From: Octopus bimaculoides | Taxonomy: Eukaryota | Direction: 5' to 3' | Assembly: GCF_001194135.2 (NCBI RefSeq) | Contig: NC_068992.1 | Span: 58,268,980-58,317,395, forward strand | DNA: 48,416 nt | Shown here: positions 24,593-37,230 of the stretch, one piece after another | Layout of the letters: every line of letters starts with the position of its first letter | How positions within the stretch are numbered: the stretch's first letter is position 1 | Notes under the pieces: generated by a model | Seen by the model: the letters and a program-made list of their open reading frames with translations, nothing else | Told to the model about the DNA's origin: nothing | Databases searched by the model: none | Position numbers and translations under genes: made by a program

Positions 24593-25149
24593 TGAATTTG
24601 CCAATCTGTCATGTTCCCAATGAAATAGTTATTTTCTGGTTTAGGCACAAGACATTTTGAACCAGAAGAATGAAAAGCAAAGTTAATCTCAACGGGATTT
24701 GAACTCAAAACGTAAAGAACCAGACCAGATGCTACAAGACATTTTTTTTTATTTTATCAACTTTAAAATGCTGCCAACCTGCTGCCTTTCTGCTCATCTA
24801 CCACTTTCCTAATAAAATAATGATTTCTTTTGGCAACCTAGAAGTCTAGTTCTGTAGAGAGAACCAGAGATAAAGGATACAATATAATCAACAGAACTGA
24901 CCCACATCTAATATATTGGAAATGTTTCTATATTTTTATTTCAAGTAATTGAATTGGTTTAATCAAGCAAGTTATTTGCAATATAATATTTATTCCATTG
25001 ATCGCCATCTAATATATCATACAAGCCTCTGTGCATTTAGCTAAAGTAATCTATTTGATTTTCATATTTGCCTATCTTCACCTATGGCCATAAGTATTAG
25101 GTAACGTTTGAATGAGTACAATCGTGAATATAAGTGGTCAAAACGGGAT

Positions 25150-25530
25150 TCCTTTTATGGGTCTCTGGAATGATGTTACTTGACAGGGTGCATAACTTGG
25201 AGATCAAGGAGTTTTCTCCAGGTTGAGCTGCTGCTTCTTCTATGTATTGAGAAGTCACAGCTCTAGGACTACAAATATGTAATTAGAATGTTGGAAGGAA
25301 GAATTGTAAAACAGATTCTTCAAGCAGAGCCAATCAGCAGGAGACTTAGAGACAGACTAAGAACGAGATGGTTGGATAATATCCATAGTCACTGTTGGTC
25401 ATGCTGGGGAATCTAGCCAAAGTCTGAAGATGGTTGCTTCTGATAGGACCCTATACAAGAAGTGCCTGAGGACTCTACCCCAACAACTCTACCAGGAATA
25501 GTGGGCAATGAAGATGGACAGATGAATCAA
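25150..25530 (+). mobile_element. RTE-like LINE 3' fragment
   Basis: RLR.RLRTRWLDNI-like C-terminal motif and 3' tail. Confidence 0.5.
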
Positions 25531-25877
25531 TTTGATTTAATTAAGCAAGTTGCTTTCAATAACAGTATCTACTCCATAACTGTTTCTTACATAGGTACAA
25601 GGATTGAAATTTCAGAAGAGGGATCCCAGTTCATTATAATGAGCTTAGTTGAAGTAAGTGAACTGCTAGTTTATTTCATTAAATAAAGTTAACCTAGGAG
25701 GAATCAGTTGATTACATCAATCTCCAAGGCACAACTGGTACTTATTTTATCAACCCTATAAAGATGAAAAGCAAAGTCAACCCCAGTGGGATTTGACCTC
25801 AGAACGTAAAGGTCTGGAAGAAATGCCACTAATCATTTTGTTTGACATGTTAATGATTCAGCCAGGTGGCCATTTTG

Positions 25878-25914
<37 letters not shown>

Positions 25915-26139
25915 GAGTATTCAGTGAGCGCAAACCTCTGCCAAGGCAACACCAATGTCCTCTGGACAATTAGCCGGAAATGATTTTTTAAAATGAAAAT
26001 ATCTGAAATAAACTTGACTGCTCTCACAAACCAGAATACTAAAAATGAACCCAACTGCTCTCAAAAATTAAAAACAGGAAAAATAATCCAGAATCCTTGT
26101 CCAGTACTAGATCGACCCCAAAATCTAATCAGTTTTAGC

Positions 26140-26645
26140 ACCTGTAGAATATAAAGCAAGACATGACAGAGTCGGCCAGTATTTACACTGGACAATATGT
26201 CAGCATTATAAATTCAAAACTGCTGACAAATGGTATAAACACCATCCTGAAGCTTTGACTGAGGGAGAAAATGTGTCGATTCTCTGGGACTTCCCCGTAC
26301 ATACTGACAAAACTATAAAAGCTAATAAACCGTATATTATTATAAAAGAACAGACAAAAAAGATGTGTTTGTTAATTGACATGAGTATTCCTTGCGATCA
26401 CAATATAGCGGCGAAAGAATTTGATAAGATCAGTAAATATAACGACTTGCTAATAGAAATTAAAAAAATGTGGCATCTCAAGGCGACTACCATACCAGTG
26501 ATTGTAGGAGCTCTAGGAATGATAAAAAAAAGGTACTGAAACCTATTTGAAAATGATACCAGGCTTACCATCCCTACAGGAAGTGCAAAAAATTGTGTTA
26601 ACTGGAACGACTCATGTACTGAGAAGAGCATTATCGCTGTGAAAA
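26140..26645 (+). mobile_element. RLE-LINE C-terminal fragment
   Basis: ILWDFPVHTDKTIKANKPYIII...LIDMSIPCD...KYNDL...PVIVGALG, then QKIVLTGTTHVLRRALS. Confidence 0.85.
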
Positions 26646-27039
26646 CGACACCCATTCTTGAACTTGTTTATTTATTAATTTGTTTTAAAATACATATTTT
26701 ACCTGTGAATTTGCGTGTGTAAACTGGGAATGCATACAATGAGCTTCTCTGCCTTAGGTGTAACGAAAACACTTGGCGAGAATTGGAAGAAAATTTGAAG
26801 AAAGAAGAAAAAAAACAACATAATAATAATAGTAATCCTTTTTACTATATGCACAAGATCTGAAATTTGCGGGAGAGGGATAGTTGATAACATTGACCCC
26901 AGTGCTCTACTGGTACTTACTTTACCAATCCTGAAAGGATGAAAAGCTAAATCGACCTTGGTGGGATTTGAACTCAGAACAGATGAAACACTGCTAAGCA
27001 TTTCACTTGTGGCGCTAATGATTTTGCCAGCTCACCACC

Positions 27040-27072
<33 letters not shown>

Positions 27073-27074
27073 GC

Positions 27075-27447
27075 AACAAGAGCACTCAAAGAGTGCAAAC
27101 CTCTGCCAAAGCAACACCAATGTCTTCTCAATGATTAATCAGAGATGATTTTTAAAATGAGAATATCTGAAATAAATTCAACTGCTCTCACAAACGAGAA
27201 TGCTAAAAATGAACCTGACCGTTCTCAAAAATTAAGTAAAAAAAAAAAACAGGAAAAATAATCTAGAATCCTTGTCTGGTACCGGATCAATCTCAAAATC
27301 TAATCAGGTCATTTCAGTCATGAGGCCAAACATCCCTGAAAGTTTCATCTAAATCCATCCGATGGTACTTGAGATATCTTGTTCCCAGACAAACAAACAA
27401 AAACGACTGAAAACAATATCTGTACCTTCGCTAAGGCGGAGGTAATA
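27075..27447 (-). mobile_element. Non-autonomous DNA element, Crypton-like; truncated second copy at 25909-26133
   Basis: The two copies align (aacaagag..caaacctctgccaa..). The reverse-complement start ttattacctccgcc..gttttcagtcg..gtttgtttgtctg resembles termini I recall for non-autonomous Crypton-type elements. Confidence 0.5.
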
Positions 27448-27599
27448 AAGAAGAAAAACAGCAAGAAGATGAAACCTTTGAACTATTATTTATTCACATA
27501 TTACTTTGCTTTTGGTCAAGATAAAAAAAAAAGTTTTTTTAAACAAAATAAAGAATTACCAATATTTTAAATGTTGCACCTTGCACAAGTGTCTTTTAA

Positions 27600-27970
27600 T
27601 GTAGCCACAGATTCACCACCACATCTAGGTCTTGTGATGTAGTGGCTGTTGTGCCTCATTGACCCTGAGAGCTATGCCAGTGATGCACAAGCTCCTGGTT
27701 GGTTCTTCCATACCGGACAAGTCAAAAGATAGAGGCTAAACTAATATGGACCACTCCTTTCTACAAGTAAAATATGGGTGTGCCAACACCCCTTCTTAGA
27801 AAAATGCCAGGTTATGGAAGTGTCAATAACAGTTCAAATCCAACAAGAACCTGGGAGAAGAAGGCTTTCTCTCAGGGGAACAGGAAGTACAGTTAGCTCA
27901 GAGTTGACAACAGTGGAGAAATGTTGCTGACAGCCTATGCTCCATAGAAAGCAAAGGAATTAAGTAATTC
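27600..27970 (+). mobile_element. Short RTE-like non-autonomous element
   Basis: Ends in gcctatgctccatagaaagcaaaggaattaagtaa, resembling RTE 3' termini (recognition only). Confidence 0.4.
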
Positions 27971-28906
27971 AGACCAACCATGGTTTTATGAGTGAGTTCG
28001 AAAAACAGAGACCATTTTAACTAACTAATGTGTGTGCATGCTCATGTCTGACTGAATATAAATATTCTGTGCTTCACAGAACGTGAACATTAATAAAATT
28101 GAGCGACTGACTGTGAAGTTTGTGACATTCTTTTTCAATAAATCATGCTATAGCACTGCACTTTTAAAGATGAGCAAAAAAGATATTGTAGTTGCAAAAC
28201 AGGTAAGGATTTTTGACAGGAAGAGCGTCTAGCAGGAAAACAGTGCCTCAGTAATATGCAAACATGCAAAAATAGATGTGAAACAAGCAAATGAATATGG
28301 AAGCATGGCACCAAATCTTGTAAGGCAAGAGCTTAATTGGTTTAGCTAGCATATGGACCCTAACAATAATTATAGTTTCAAAATTTAGCAAATGGTAAGG
28401 TAGAATTTCACTAAATATAGATAACGGAGGACATGTTTCAGTCCACCGAGGTCTCATCAGCAAAGATAAGACACCACATGCTCAGTTTGTCATGGCTAAC
28501 CTCTCTTAACCCTTCTGGATGTAATGATTTATGGCCATTACTGCATACCTGGTGATTTTAAGGGATATTCCATTTGAACTAGAATGCAAGAGAGCTGTGT
28601 AGGCATAAGCAAATGGTGCTACCTTAATAGTACAAGACAATATAGAAATTGAAATGGTTGGTACCATTCTAAAGCAATATGCTAAGATTAATTTGAACAA
28701 ATTGGTTGGCTTGTAACATGGCACCTGGAAATGCAAGTCCATGTTATCGGCCCATTTTGTTAGGGCACTGGGTTGATGAACCATTAAGTTACTTGTGGAG
28801 TTTGGTTAAAATCTCCAGTTGGATACAAATTGGGATGAGGTTATGAGCAGCAAAGCTGGTCTCATCCACAAATTGCATGCTAATGATTCTGCCAGCTCAC
28901 CACTTC

Positions 28907-28938
<32 letters not shown>

Positions 28939-29119
28939 TACCAACAATGGTTTCAAATTTTGGCACATGGCCAGCAATTATAAGTTGGTAATAGATTACC
29001 TTGAACCCAGTGCTCAACTGTTACTTATTTTATTGACCTTGAAAAGATGAAAGGCAAAGTCAACCCTGGTGGCATTTGAACTCAGGACATAAAGTCAGAA
29101 AAAAATGTTGTTAAGCATT

Positions 29120-30065
29120 TTGTTTGGCAAAGCAAGTGGAGTTAAGATCAAAAGATACAAGGAAAGAGGCCGACAGCTCAAACAAAATGAACTGCTTAGA
29201 ACAAACCAGAAACTGTTCAACGAAACTCTGGATGGAAGAGGCAGCGTTACCCAAACCCACCACAGAAGCAACTTCATTTTGCAACAAGATCTGGTCAGAG
29301 GATGTCAAACACAACAACAGAGCCCCCTGGCTTCATGAAGTGGAAGAAAAATTAAGTGACACAGAAATACAAAAGGACATTACTATCACATTGGGAGATA
29401 TACAAGCAGGAGTTTGTAAAATGAGAAAAGGCACCTGACCCAGACCTAGTTCAGGGATTTCGGTTCAGGGGACTGATGGATTTACCTCCTAAGCTACAAA
29501 AGCTCCCACAAGGCTGTGTACACCAAGGAATTGTACTAAAATAGATGATCAAAGGAAGATCAGTGCTGATCCAGAAGGACCTAGCCAAGGATGTTGTGAC
29601 CAGTAACTATTGTCTGATTGCTTGTTTACCTATGATGTGGAAGCTTTTAACTGGAATTATAGGGAAAAATTGTATGACCACCTTGAAAGAAATGAACTGT
29701 TAGCAAATAAACAGAAAGACTGCAGGAAGGGATCATGAAGAACAAAGAATCAGGCAATTTTGAGGAACTATTGGAGAAGGTTGACAAGCTTATCACTCAC
29801 AGATTCTAAAATGTCTGGAGATGGTTGAGGCAGCTAAAGATACGATATATCTATTCAAAAATAGTATAAGGAACTAGAAGACGGTTTTGACAGCAGGTGG
29901 AAGGGAAATTGGACAAGTCATCATGATCAATGCACTTGGGACCATCTCAAAGAAAGCAATATTCTGGCATGAAAATCTGCGAATACCAAACATTATAGGA
30001 AGTACACAGCTAGCAGCAATACTTGGAACAACACATGTTTTGAGGAAAGTACTACATCTCTAAGA
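29120..30065 (+). mobile_element. Decayed, internally deleted RLE-LINE fragment (RT N-terminal region and 3' end)
   Basis: FWNKIW..HN.RAPW-like, PGPD..QGF, KG...LIQKD..K...NY.PI.CL..MWKLLTGI readings. Ends in an LLG..HVLRKVL-like tail. Confidence 0.75.
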
Positions 30066-30129
30066 TTTGACATAGATAAGGGAAATAAAAAAGAACTATC
30101 ATTATTATTATTATTATTATTACTACTAT

Positions 30130-32130
30130 TTTTAACATATTTTGAAGAATCGGTTAGATAGATGAAATCAGTCCACTACTTGACCAGTACTCTATCTTAT
30201 TAGTCCCAGTAGAATGAGAAGCATAGACATCTTTGGCAGGATTTGAACTGCTATTGTAAAGAACTGGGACAAATATCACAAAACCTTTTGTTAAATGCTT
30301 TACTGAGTCCACCAATCAATAGCCCTTGATATTTTAACATTGGCACAAGACTGAAGATTTGGGGAAGGATCTAGGCAATTATATCAATCCTACTATATGA
30401 CTAGTTCTTTATTTCATCAACCCCAGAAAGATGAGCAGAAAAGATGACCTTGTTAGGGATTTGAATGCAGAACAAATAATAATCTTTCAGGACTTGTGCC
30501 TTATATTATATAGGCTCAAGACCTGAAATTTTAAGTGGGAATGGGTGAGTCAACGACATCAATCCCAGTGCATGACTGGTATTTGTTTCGCTAACTCGGA
30601 AAGGATGAAAGGCAAAGTTAACTTTGAATTTGAACTCAGAATGTAAAGATGTGAAATATCAATAAGCATTTTTTCTAGTATGTTAACAATTATGCCAGTT
30701 TGCCACCATCAGAAAGTTAATAATAATAATAATAATTGATGAAAATCAGTTGCCAGCAGAGTGTTAATTTTTTTAAATTTATATCTAGTAAAAGTTAAAG
30801 TATATATTTTCTTATATGGCAGTCAATAAATAAAGCATGTTAGCAACAACAACAACAACAATGACAATAACCAAGTTTAGTTGTCCCAAAAGGTTTATTT
30901 TTATTTATTTATTTAAGTAAAAGCTTTTTTTTTATTTATTTATAAGAAAAGAGAAGCTTCAAGAAAAAAAGAAAAAAAAGCAGGAAACAAATTTTTTTAA
31001 CGTAAAAAAGGAGAAAATGGTTAATTTTTGTTTATTTGTTTTTAAAAGATGATAAAAAATAACAGAATAACAGTTTGTTACAAAGGCTGAGAGATTTTAG
31101 TGGGTGATAGGGAAATATGGGAAGTAGTGATATTCATGCCTTTCAAGGTCATTAGTGATGTAAATGAAGTGAAATAGTTCCAACCGGGAATCAAAATTGG
31201 GCAACGGTTTCAGCAAATACCCTCTCTACTCTATGCTGGTTCTCACTAGAAAATAAAGAATAATAATAATAATGATAATAATAATAATAATAATGGCTTC
31301 AAATTTTGGCACAGGGCCAGCAGTTTTTAAAGGGCAGGGCAAGTCGATTACATCGACCCCAGTGCTAAACTGGTACTTATTTTATCGACCCCGGAAGGAT
31401 GAAAGGCAAAGTTGACCTTGGTGGAATTTGAACTCAGAATGTAGCGACGGGTGAAATACCACTAAGCATTTTGTCTGGCATGCTAACAGTTCTGCCAGTT
31501 TGCCACCTTTATAATAATAGTAGTAATAATAATGATAATAATAATAATAATAATGATGATGACAATGATGATTTCTTGCATGGTGCAGGGTCACAAACAT
31601 TTTTTGGAGAGAGGGGAGAGAAGTAAGAGTGTATAGTCTATTGGATCAACCCCAGTACATGACTGGCATGTATTTTGTTGACCTTGAAAGGACAAAAGTC
31701 GGCCTTGGCAGGATTTGAAGTTGTAACATAAAGTGGCATGATTAAATATCACAAGGCATTTTGTCTGACACTCTACCAACCTAATAATAATAATAATAAT
31801 TTCTTTCATTTTTGTCAAACTCTGGGAACGAAAACAGTTGATTAAATCATCTCCAATATTTGAACTTAGAATGTAAAGGTATGTAACTAAATACTACAAG
31901 TTATTTGGGTCAGTAATTTAGCATCCTAATAATAATTGTTTCTAATTTTGGGACAAGACCAGCAATTTTGAGGGGAAATGGTTAATTTGTTTACATGGTA
32001 CCCCAGTACTTGACTGTGACTTTATTTTATTGACAACAGAAGGATAAACGGCGTAATTGACCGTGTCAAGATTTGAATCGAAAATATAAAGAAGTGGAAT
32101 AAATACAGCAAATAAATATATCTTCTAAGG
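30130..32130 (-). mobile_element. Array of ~7 main-family SINE copies and remnants in the same orientation
   Basis: Same core motif repeated. The best copy is 31292-31508. Confidence 0.8.
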
Positions 32131-32139
32131 ATTCTGAAA

Positions 32140-32525
32140 AGTAGCTGTCTTTTAGCTTTGTTTCAGCCATTAGACTGTGGCCATGCAGGGGCACTGCCTT
32201 GAAGAATTTTAGTCAAATAAATCAACCCCAGTATTCATTTTTTAAAGCTTGGTATTTATTCTGTCGTTCCATTTTGCCAAACTGCTAGTTACTGGGACAT
32301 AAACACACCAACACCAGTTGTCAAGTGGTGGTAGGGGAACAAAAAAGATACAAACACACACAGACACACACACATATATATGATGGGCTTCTTTCAATTT
32401 CCATCTACCAAATCCACTCGCAAAGCTTTCGTCAGCCTGAGAAGACACTTGCCCAAGATACCGTGCAGTGGGACTGAACATGGAACCATATGCTTGGAAA
32501 GGAAGCTTCTTACCACACAGCCACA
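32140..32525 (-). mobile_element. Full-length CORE-like tRNA SINE (third family: head, (TG)n, tail)
   Basis: Reverse complement reads tgtggtaagaagctt...gttcagtcccactgcacggtatcttgggcaagtgtcttct. Head copies also at ~1445-1570, 8240-8400, 14555-14720, 15370-15515, 38200-38280, 41355-41620; tail copy at 9985-10180. Confidence 0.8.
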
Positions 32526-32616
32526 TTATTAACCTGAAATTGGCAGGATTTCAATTTAGAATGTGAAGAGCCAAAAGTGTTTTCTCTAATACTTTTGATT
32601 CTGTCAATCCAACACC

Positions 32617-32650
<34 letters not shown>

Positions 32651-33359
32651 NNNNNNNNNNNNNNNNNNNNNNNNNNNNNNNNNNNNNNNNNNNNNNNNNN
32701 NNNNNNNNNNNNNNNNNNNNNNNNNNNNNNNNNNNNNNNNNNNNNNNNNNNNNNNNNNNNNNNNNNNNNNNNNNNNNNNNNNNNNNNNNNNNNNNNNNNN
32801 NNNNNNNNNNNNNNNNNNNNNNNNNNNNNNNNNNNNNNNNNNNNNNNNNNNNNNNNNNNNNNNNNNNNNNNNNNNNNNNNNNNNNNNNNNNNNNNNNNNN
32901 NNNNNNNNNNNNNNNNNNNNNNNNNNNNNNNNNNNNNNNNNNNNNNNNNNNNNNNNNNNNNNNNNNNNNNNNNNNNNNNNNNNNNNNNNNNNNNNNNNNN
33001 NNNNNNNNNNNNNNNNNNNNNNNNNNNNNNNNNNNNNNNNNNNNNNNNNNNNNNNNNNNNNNNNNNNNNNNNNNNNNNNNNNNNNNNNNNNNNNNNNNNN
33101 NNNNNNNNNNNNNNNNNNNNNNNNNNNNNNNNNNNNNNNNNNNNNNNNNNNNNNNNNNNNNNNNNNNNNNNNNNNNNNNNNNNNNNNNNNNNNNNNNNNN
33201 NNNNNNNNNNNNNNNNNNNNNNNNNNNNNNNNNNNNNNNNNNNNNNNNNNNNNNNNNNNNNNNNNNNNNNNNNNNNNNNNNNNNNNNNNNNNNNNNNNNN
33301 NNNNNNNNNNNNNNNNNNNNNNNNNNNNNNNNNNNNNNNNNNNNNNNNNNNNNNNNNNN

Positions 33360-34010
33360 TTATCATTGCAGCCCAGGAACAGGCAGTGAGAATAAACTAT
33401 ATCAAGTTCCGTCTTGACGCATGAGTGACTTCCTCACTTTGCAGGTGGAATAATAAACCACATCATTAGTGAATGTAAGATAATTGCAGAAAAAAAGAGT
33501 ACAAGAGCAGGCACAACGACATTGCCTGATTGGTTCACTTAAAGATCTGACATAAGTATGACACGAGCAGAAGTGAGAAAATGGTGCGAGCACCAACCGG
33601 AAAAGGTTGCTGAAAACGAACAATATAAGATTTTTGTGGGACATGATCATATACTGTGACCGTTTTAGTGTGGCTAGAAAACTTGACAATGTTGTTGTAG
33701 AAAAGAAGAACAAAGCGATTACTGTGGACATTACTTCATTGTGGGACCACAGGGTGAATGAGAAGGAAAATGAGAAAGTGGAGAAAGAGCAGGAGTTGAA
33801 GTGGAAAATCAGGAAACTATGGAGAATCTGGCACGCAGAAGTGGTGCCAACTGTGGTTGGTGCACTGGGAGCAGTTAGTAAAGAGTTGGATGCATGGCTT
33901 GAGAAGCTAAGAATTACCATTAGGATAGGATTGTTGCAGAAAACAAACAGCTTTGTTAGGAATAGCAAGGGTTCTAAGGAGGGTGTCAGAAAGTTGAAGG
34001 AGAAAGAATG
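33360..34010 (+). mobile_element. RLE-LINE C-terminal fragment next to a gap
   Basis: IIAAQEQA, RHD.IA..VH, LWDM.I.CD, K.D.VVV, EKE.EKVEK.QEL, VVPTVVGALG. Confidence 0.85.
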
Positions 34011-34391
34011 ACCTAAAGATCCTTCAGTCATTTGATATGGCTTGCTTGTTTGGTATAGTGTTGGTGTAACATCTGTTATAATATTGGTATAACAGAGCAA
34101 AAGTGCCAATGAAAATAATAATAATAATAATAATCCTTTCTACTAAAGGTACAAGGTTTGAAATTTGGGTGGGGAGGGGACTAGTCAATTACAGTGACCC
34201 AGTGTTTCACTGGTACCTAATTTATCAACCCCGAAAGAATGAAAAGCAAAGTCAACCTCGGTGGAATTCAAATTCAGAACGTAGTGACAGGCAAAATACC
34301 GCTAGGTATTTTGTCCAGCGTGCTAATGATTCTACCTGCATGCTGGCTTAAATAATAATAATAATAATAATAATGATGATGATGATGATGA

Positions 34392-34645
34392 TATCTGTGA
34401 AAGTTGTGCCTATAATAATTGGTGCATTGGGAACAGTAAGTAAGCTAAGATGTAGACAAATTGGAACAGAATGCCCTGTAGAACTCCTACAGAAAATTTG
34501 TCTCTTAGGGACAACAAGGATTATCAGGAGGGTTCTAAGCACTTGCAAGACTACTGAAAACTTGTGGATACCTTAGGTTACAGGTAGTAACCTGATACCT
34601 ACATAAATCCTACCAGGAATAAGACCAAACCTAAGTCAAACCAAA
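34392..34645 (+). mobile_element. RLE-LINE 3' end fragment
   Basis: VVPIIIGALGTV...LLQKICLLGTTRIIRRVLS, flanked by (AAT)n. Confidence 0.8.
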
Positions 34646-34921
34646 TAATAATAATAATAATAATAATACTTTTTACTATAGGCATAAGAGAGAGGGAGTT
34701 AGTCAATAACATTGCCTCAGTGCTTAACTGGCATTTAATTTTATTGATCCCAAAAGAATGGGGGAGAAAGGACAAACCAGAATATAATCAAATACCACAA
34801 GATATTTTTGTTCAATGAACCAACTCTAATATAACATAAAGGATAGGGATCTGAACACCAGTCTCACTGGAGCCTGTTCAATTCTATATGTACACATGTA
34901 TATACACATACTCACATGCGT

Positions 34922-35378
34922 GTATGTACATCATCATCATCATTATTGTCACTTAACATCTGCTTTCTATGCTGGCATGGGTCGGACGGTTTGACTGAAA
35001 ACTGGCAAACCGGATGTCCTTCCTAACATCAACCACTCTGAGAGTGTAGTGGGAGCCTTTACATGGCACTGGCATCGGCCCTGCTCGAATGGTGCTTTTT
35101 ATGTTCCACTGGCACAGGTCTGTAGTCGGTTCAACAGGTCTTCACAAACAGGGCATATTGCCCACCGATTGAAGGGTGCTTTTAAATGGGCTAGTTATGT
35201 GACACTGGCCACGACTACGATCTCACTTGTCTTTATACCCTTAATTGCTTTATCTACCAAGGTACTGTCAATTCGGATAGCTGGTCCCTTTGTTGGATTG
35301 ACATTTGGCAGACTCACTTTGTCCCATTCATTCTCTTCATTTAGCAAGCTTTCATAGTGGCGTCTCCAAGTCTCTCTC
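34922..35378 (-). mobile_element. Internally deleted RTE derivative (RT N-terminal piece fused to 3'UTR)
   Basis: Reverse complement matches 10575-10715, then jumps to the 3'UTR start (caagtgagat, ~12266). Ends in (GAT)n. Confidence 0.8.
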
Positions 35379-35506
35379 TTTGGTATATATATATTTCGTT
35401 TTTGGATTTGGTTTACAAGATTTTTTATGTGATTTCGTGTGTTGAAGCATATTCTGTTGTGTCTGGGGAGAGTCATTTTCTTATCGTGCCTTAAAATTTA
35501 ACACAT

Positions 35507-35658
35507 TCACCGTTAAAATTTCCACTTATCATTTTTATTTTCCTAAAATTTTCATTGCATCTTGCAGCCTTTTCAATAGTCTTGACTATTGAAAAGGTTG
35601 CAAGATGCAATGAAAATTTTAGGAAAATAAAAATAATAAGTGGAAATTTTAACGGTGA
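35507..35658. repeat. 75-bp-arm palindrome with a 2-nt loop, running into a gap
   Basis: tcaccgttaaaatttccac...ttttcaatagtc TT gactattgaaaa...gtggaaattttaacggtga; two mismatches seen. Confidence 0.9.
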
Positions 35659-35758
35659 GTNNNNNNNNNNNNNNNNNNNNNNNNNNNNNNNNNNNNNNNN
35701 NNNNNNNNNNNNNNNNNNNNNNNNNNNNNNNNNNNNNNNNNNNNNNNNNNNNNNNNNN

Positions 35759-35802
<44 letters not shown>

Positions 35803-36094
35803 TTATGTATATTTATATATGTCTGTATGTATATTTACATATGTCTGTATGTATATGTATTTGAATGATTGCGAACCCAACACTCTGAACATTAGCCCTC
35901 ATTTAAAACATGTGTAGTCCTGGTTGTAATCCTTAGAACATTCAGGAATCACACTCATGCATGTTAGATGTCCTAACTTCACTGTGAAGACACTTTTCCT
36001 AAAGAATGTAAGTTTTATCAAAAAAAAAAAAAAAAAAAGCAATTAGTTTTTGTTTGAAATACGAGAGTTTGTCAATGGTGGGATCTAGCTGTAT

Positions 36095-36600
36095 TTTTAT
36101 TTTTCTGCAGGTCTTTCTCTTCAAACAAGAGGAACAGCAAAAACCCATGGTATTTGTTGACTCCATGGGGCTGGTAAGAACAGTGTAGCTTACGTTTAGC
36201 TTAAATATCTATCAGTCATTGCCAATAGGAAAAAATGAGATTCCAGAGGGTTGATGTTCTGGTGTGGATGGATTGGGAAAAGTAGTTAATGCAGGACTTG
36301 TGAAAAGACAAGAGATGAGATGAGATGAGTAGAACTGATGGATCTTGGAGGAGGTTGTGTGCAATTACTTTGCAAGTTTTGAGGAGCACAGACCATTTTA
36401 GCTGTGGTAGAAGAGGTAGAGAGAGGTGATGGAGGTTGTGGTGTGCTGGAAAAGTGAGTGAAGCTTAGATTAATCTGTTGTCTAGGATGTGATCTACTTT
36501 GCTATATTAAGTGGGTCAAGCAAGTACTGTATGTTAAGGTTTCCTCGTTATCTCATTGAATTCATTATAGATAATGGTAGTCCAGCTGAGAAACTAAAGT
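36095..36600 (-). mobile_element. 3' end of a CR1/Jockey-like LINE
   Basis: Decayed H.R.V.SL.LFY..YNGLCSSEL and PRTSTLWN...FK..V readings, then AAAAATAAAAA. Confidence 0.6.
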
Positions 36601-36984
36601 AAATCTAGTTATATAGCAGTCAGTGTGTTACAGCATTAAACTCACACCTGTCTTAGTTGCTTAAATAAAGAAAACACGTTAGGAAAGTATATTGATGGAT
36701 CCTTCCTGTAGCCAACCAAATACGAATCTTTGCAGTTAATAAGCTAGTTGGCTGGTAACTTACTAATTAGTTTCTTTTACAAAATATCACATTCACATAC
36801 TTTACTGAGAGAGAGAAAGAGAGTATATGTAAGATGTATGTGTATGCTTCTCAATCTGTAAACTGGATGCCACATATTCTTTTCTTATTGCAAAACATAA
36901 ATTTCCAGAATGAATTGAAAAAAAAAATTATAATCTTTTTTTCTTTTTACATTTCTAATTTTATTGATTTATAAATTATTTCTG

Positions 36985-37230
36985 CTGTATTGACAAGGAT
37001 CTTATAATGCAAACACTATTGTCCAGCAGGTTGCTGTTGTGCTTGTGCAAATCCACTTTAAGTAGGACAAATAGCTCCTGGGAGGCAACTGACTTATTGT
37101 TTAATCCCAGCTGAATACACAATGTTTTCAATATGTCTTTCATTTCTCTAGACATAAGTATACCTAGGACTATATTATAAGTGTGTCCTACTTTTTTGAG
37201 GGCAGTAGGGTATGATCTTAAGCTGATTAG
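36985..37230 (-). mobile_element. Very decayed RLE-LINE 3' fragment
   Basis: IVLGILMSREMKDILKTL and LLDNSVCIIRSLS resemble the GALG...LLGT.RI.R C-terminus of the other copies. Confidence 0.45.

Noticed and set aside
36111-36173. Apparent 63-nt plus exon (ttttctgcAG...CTG|GTAAGA)
   Set aside because: It is the antisense of a LINE 3' end; the pyrimidine tract is its A-rich tail.
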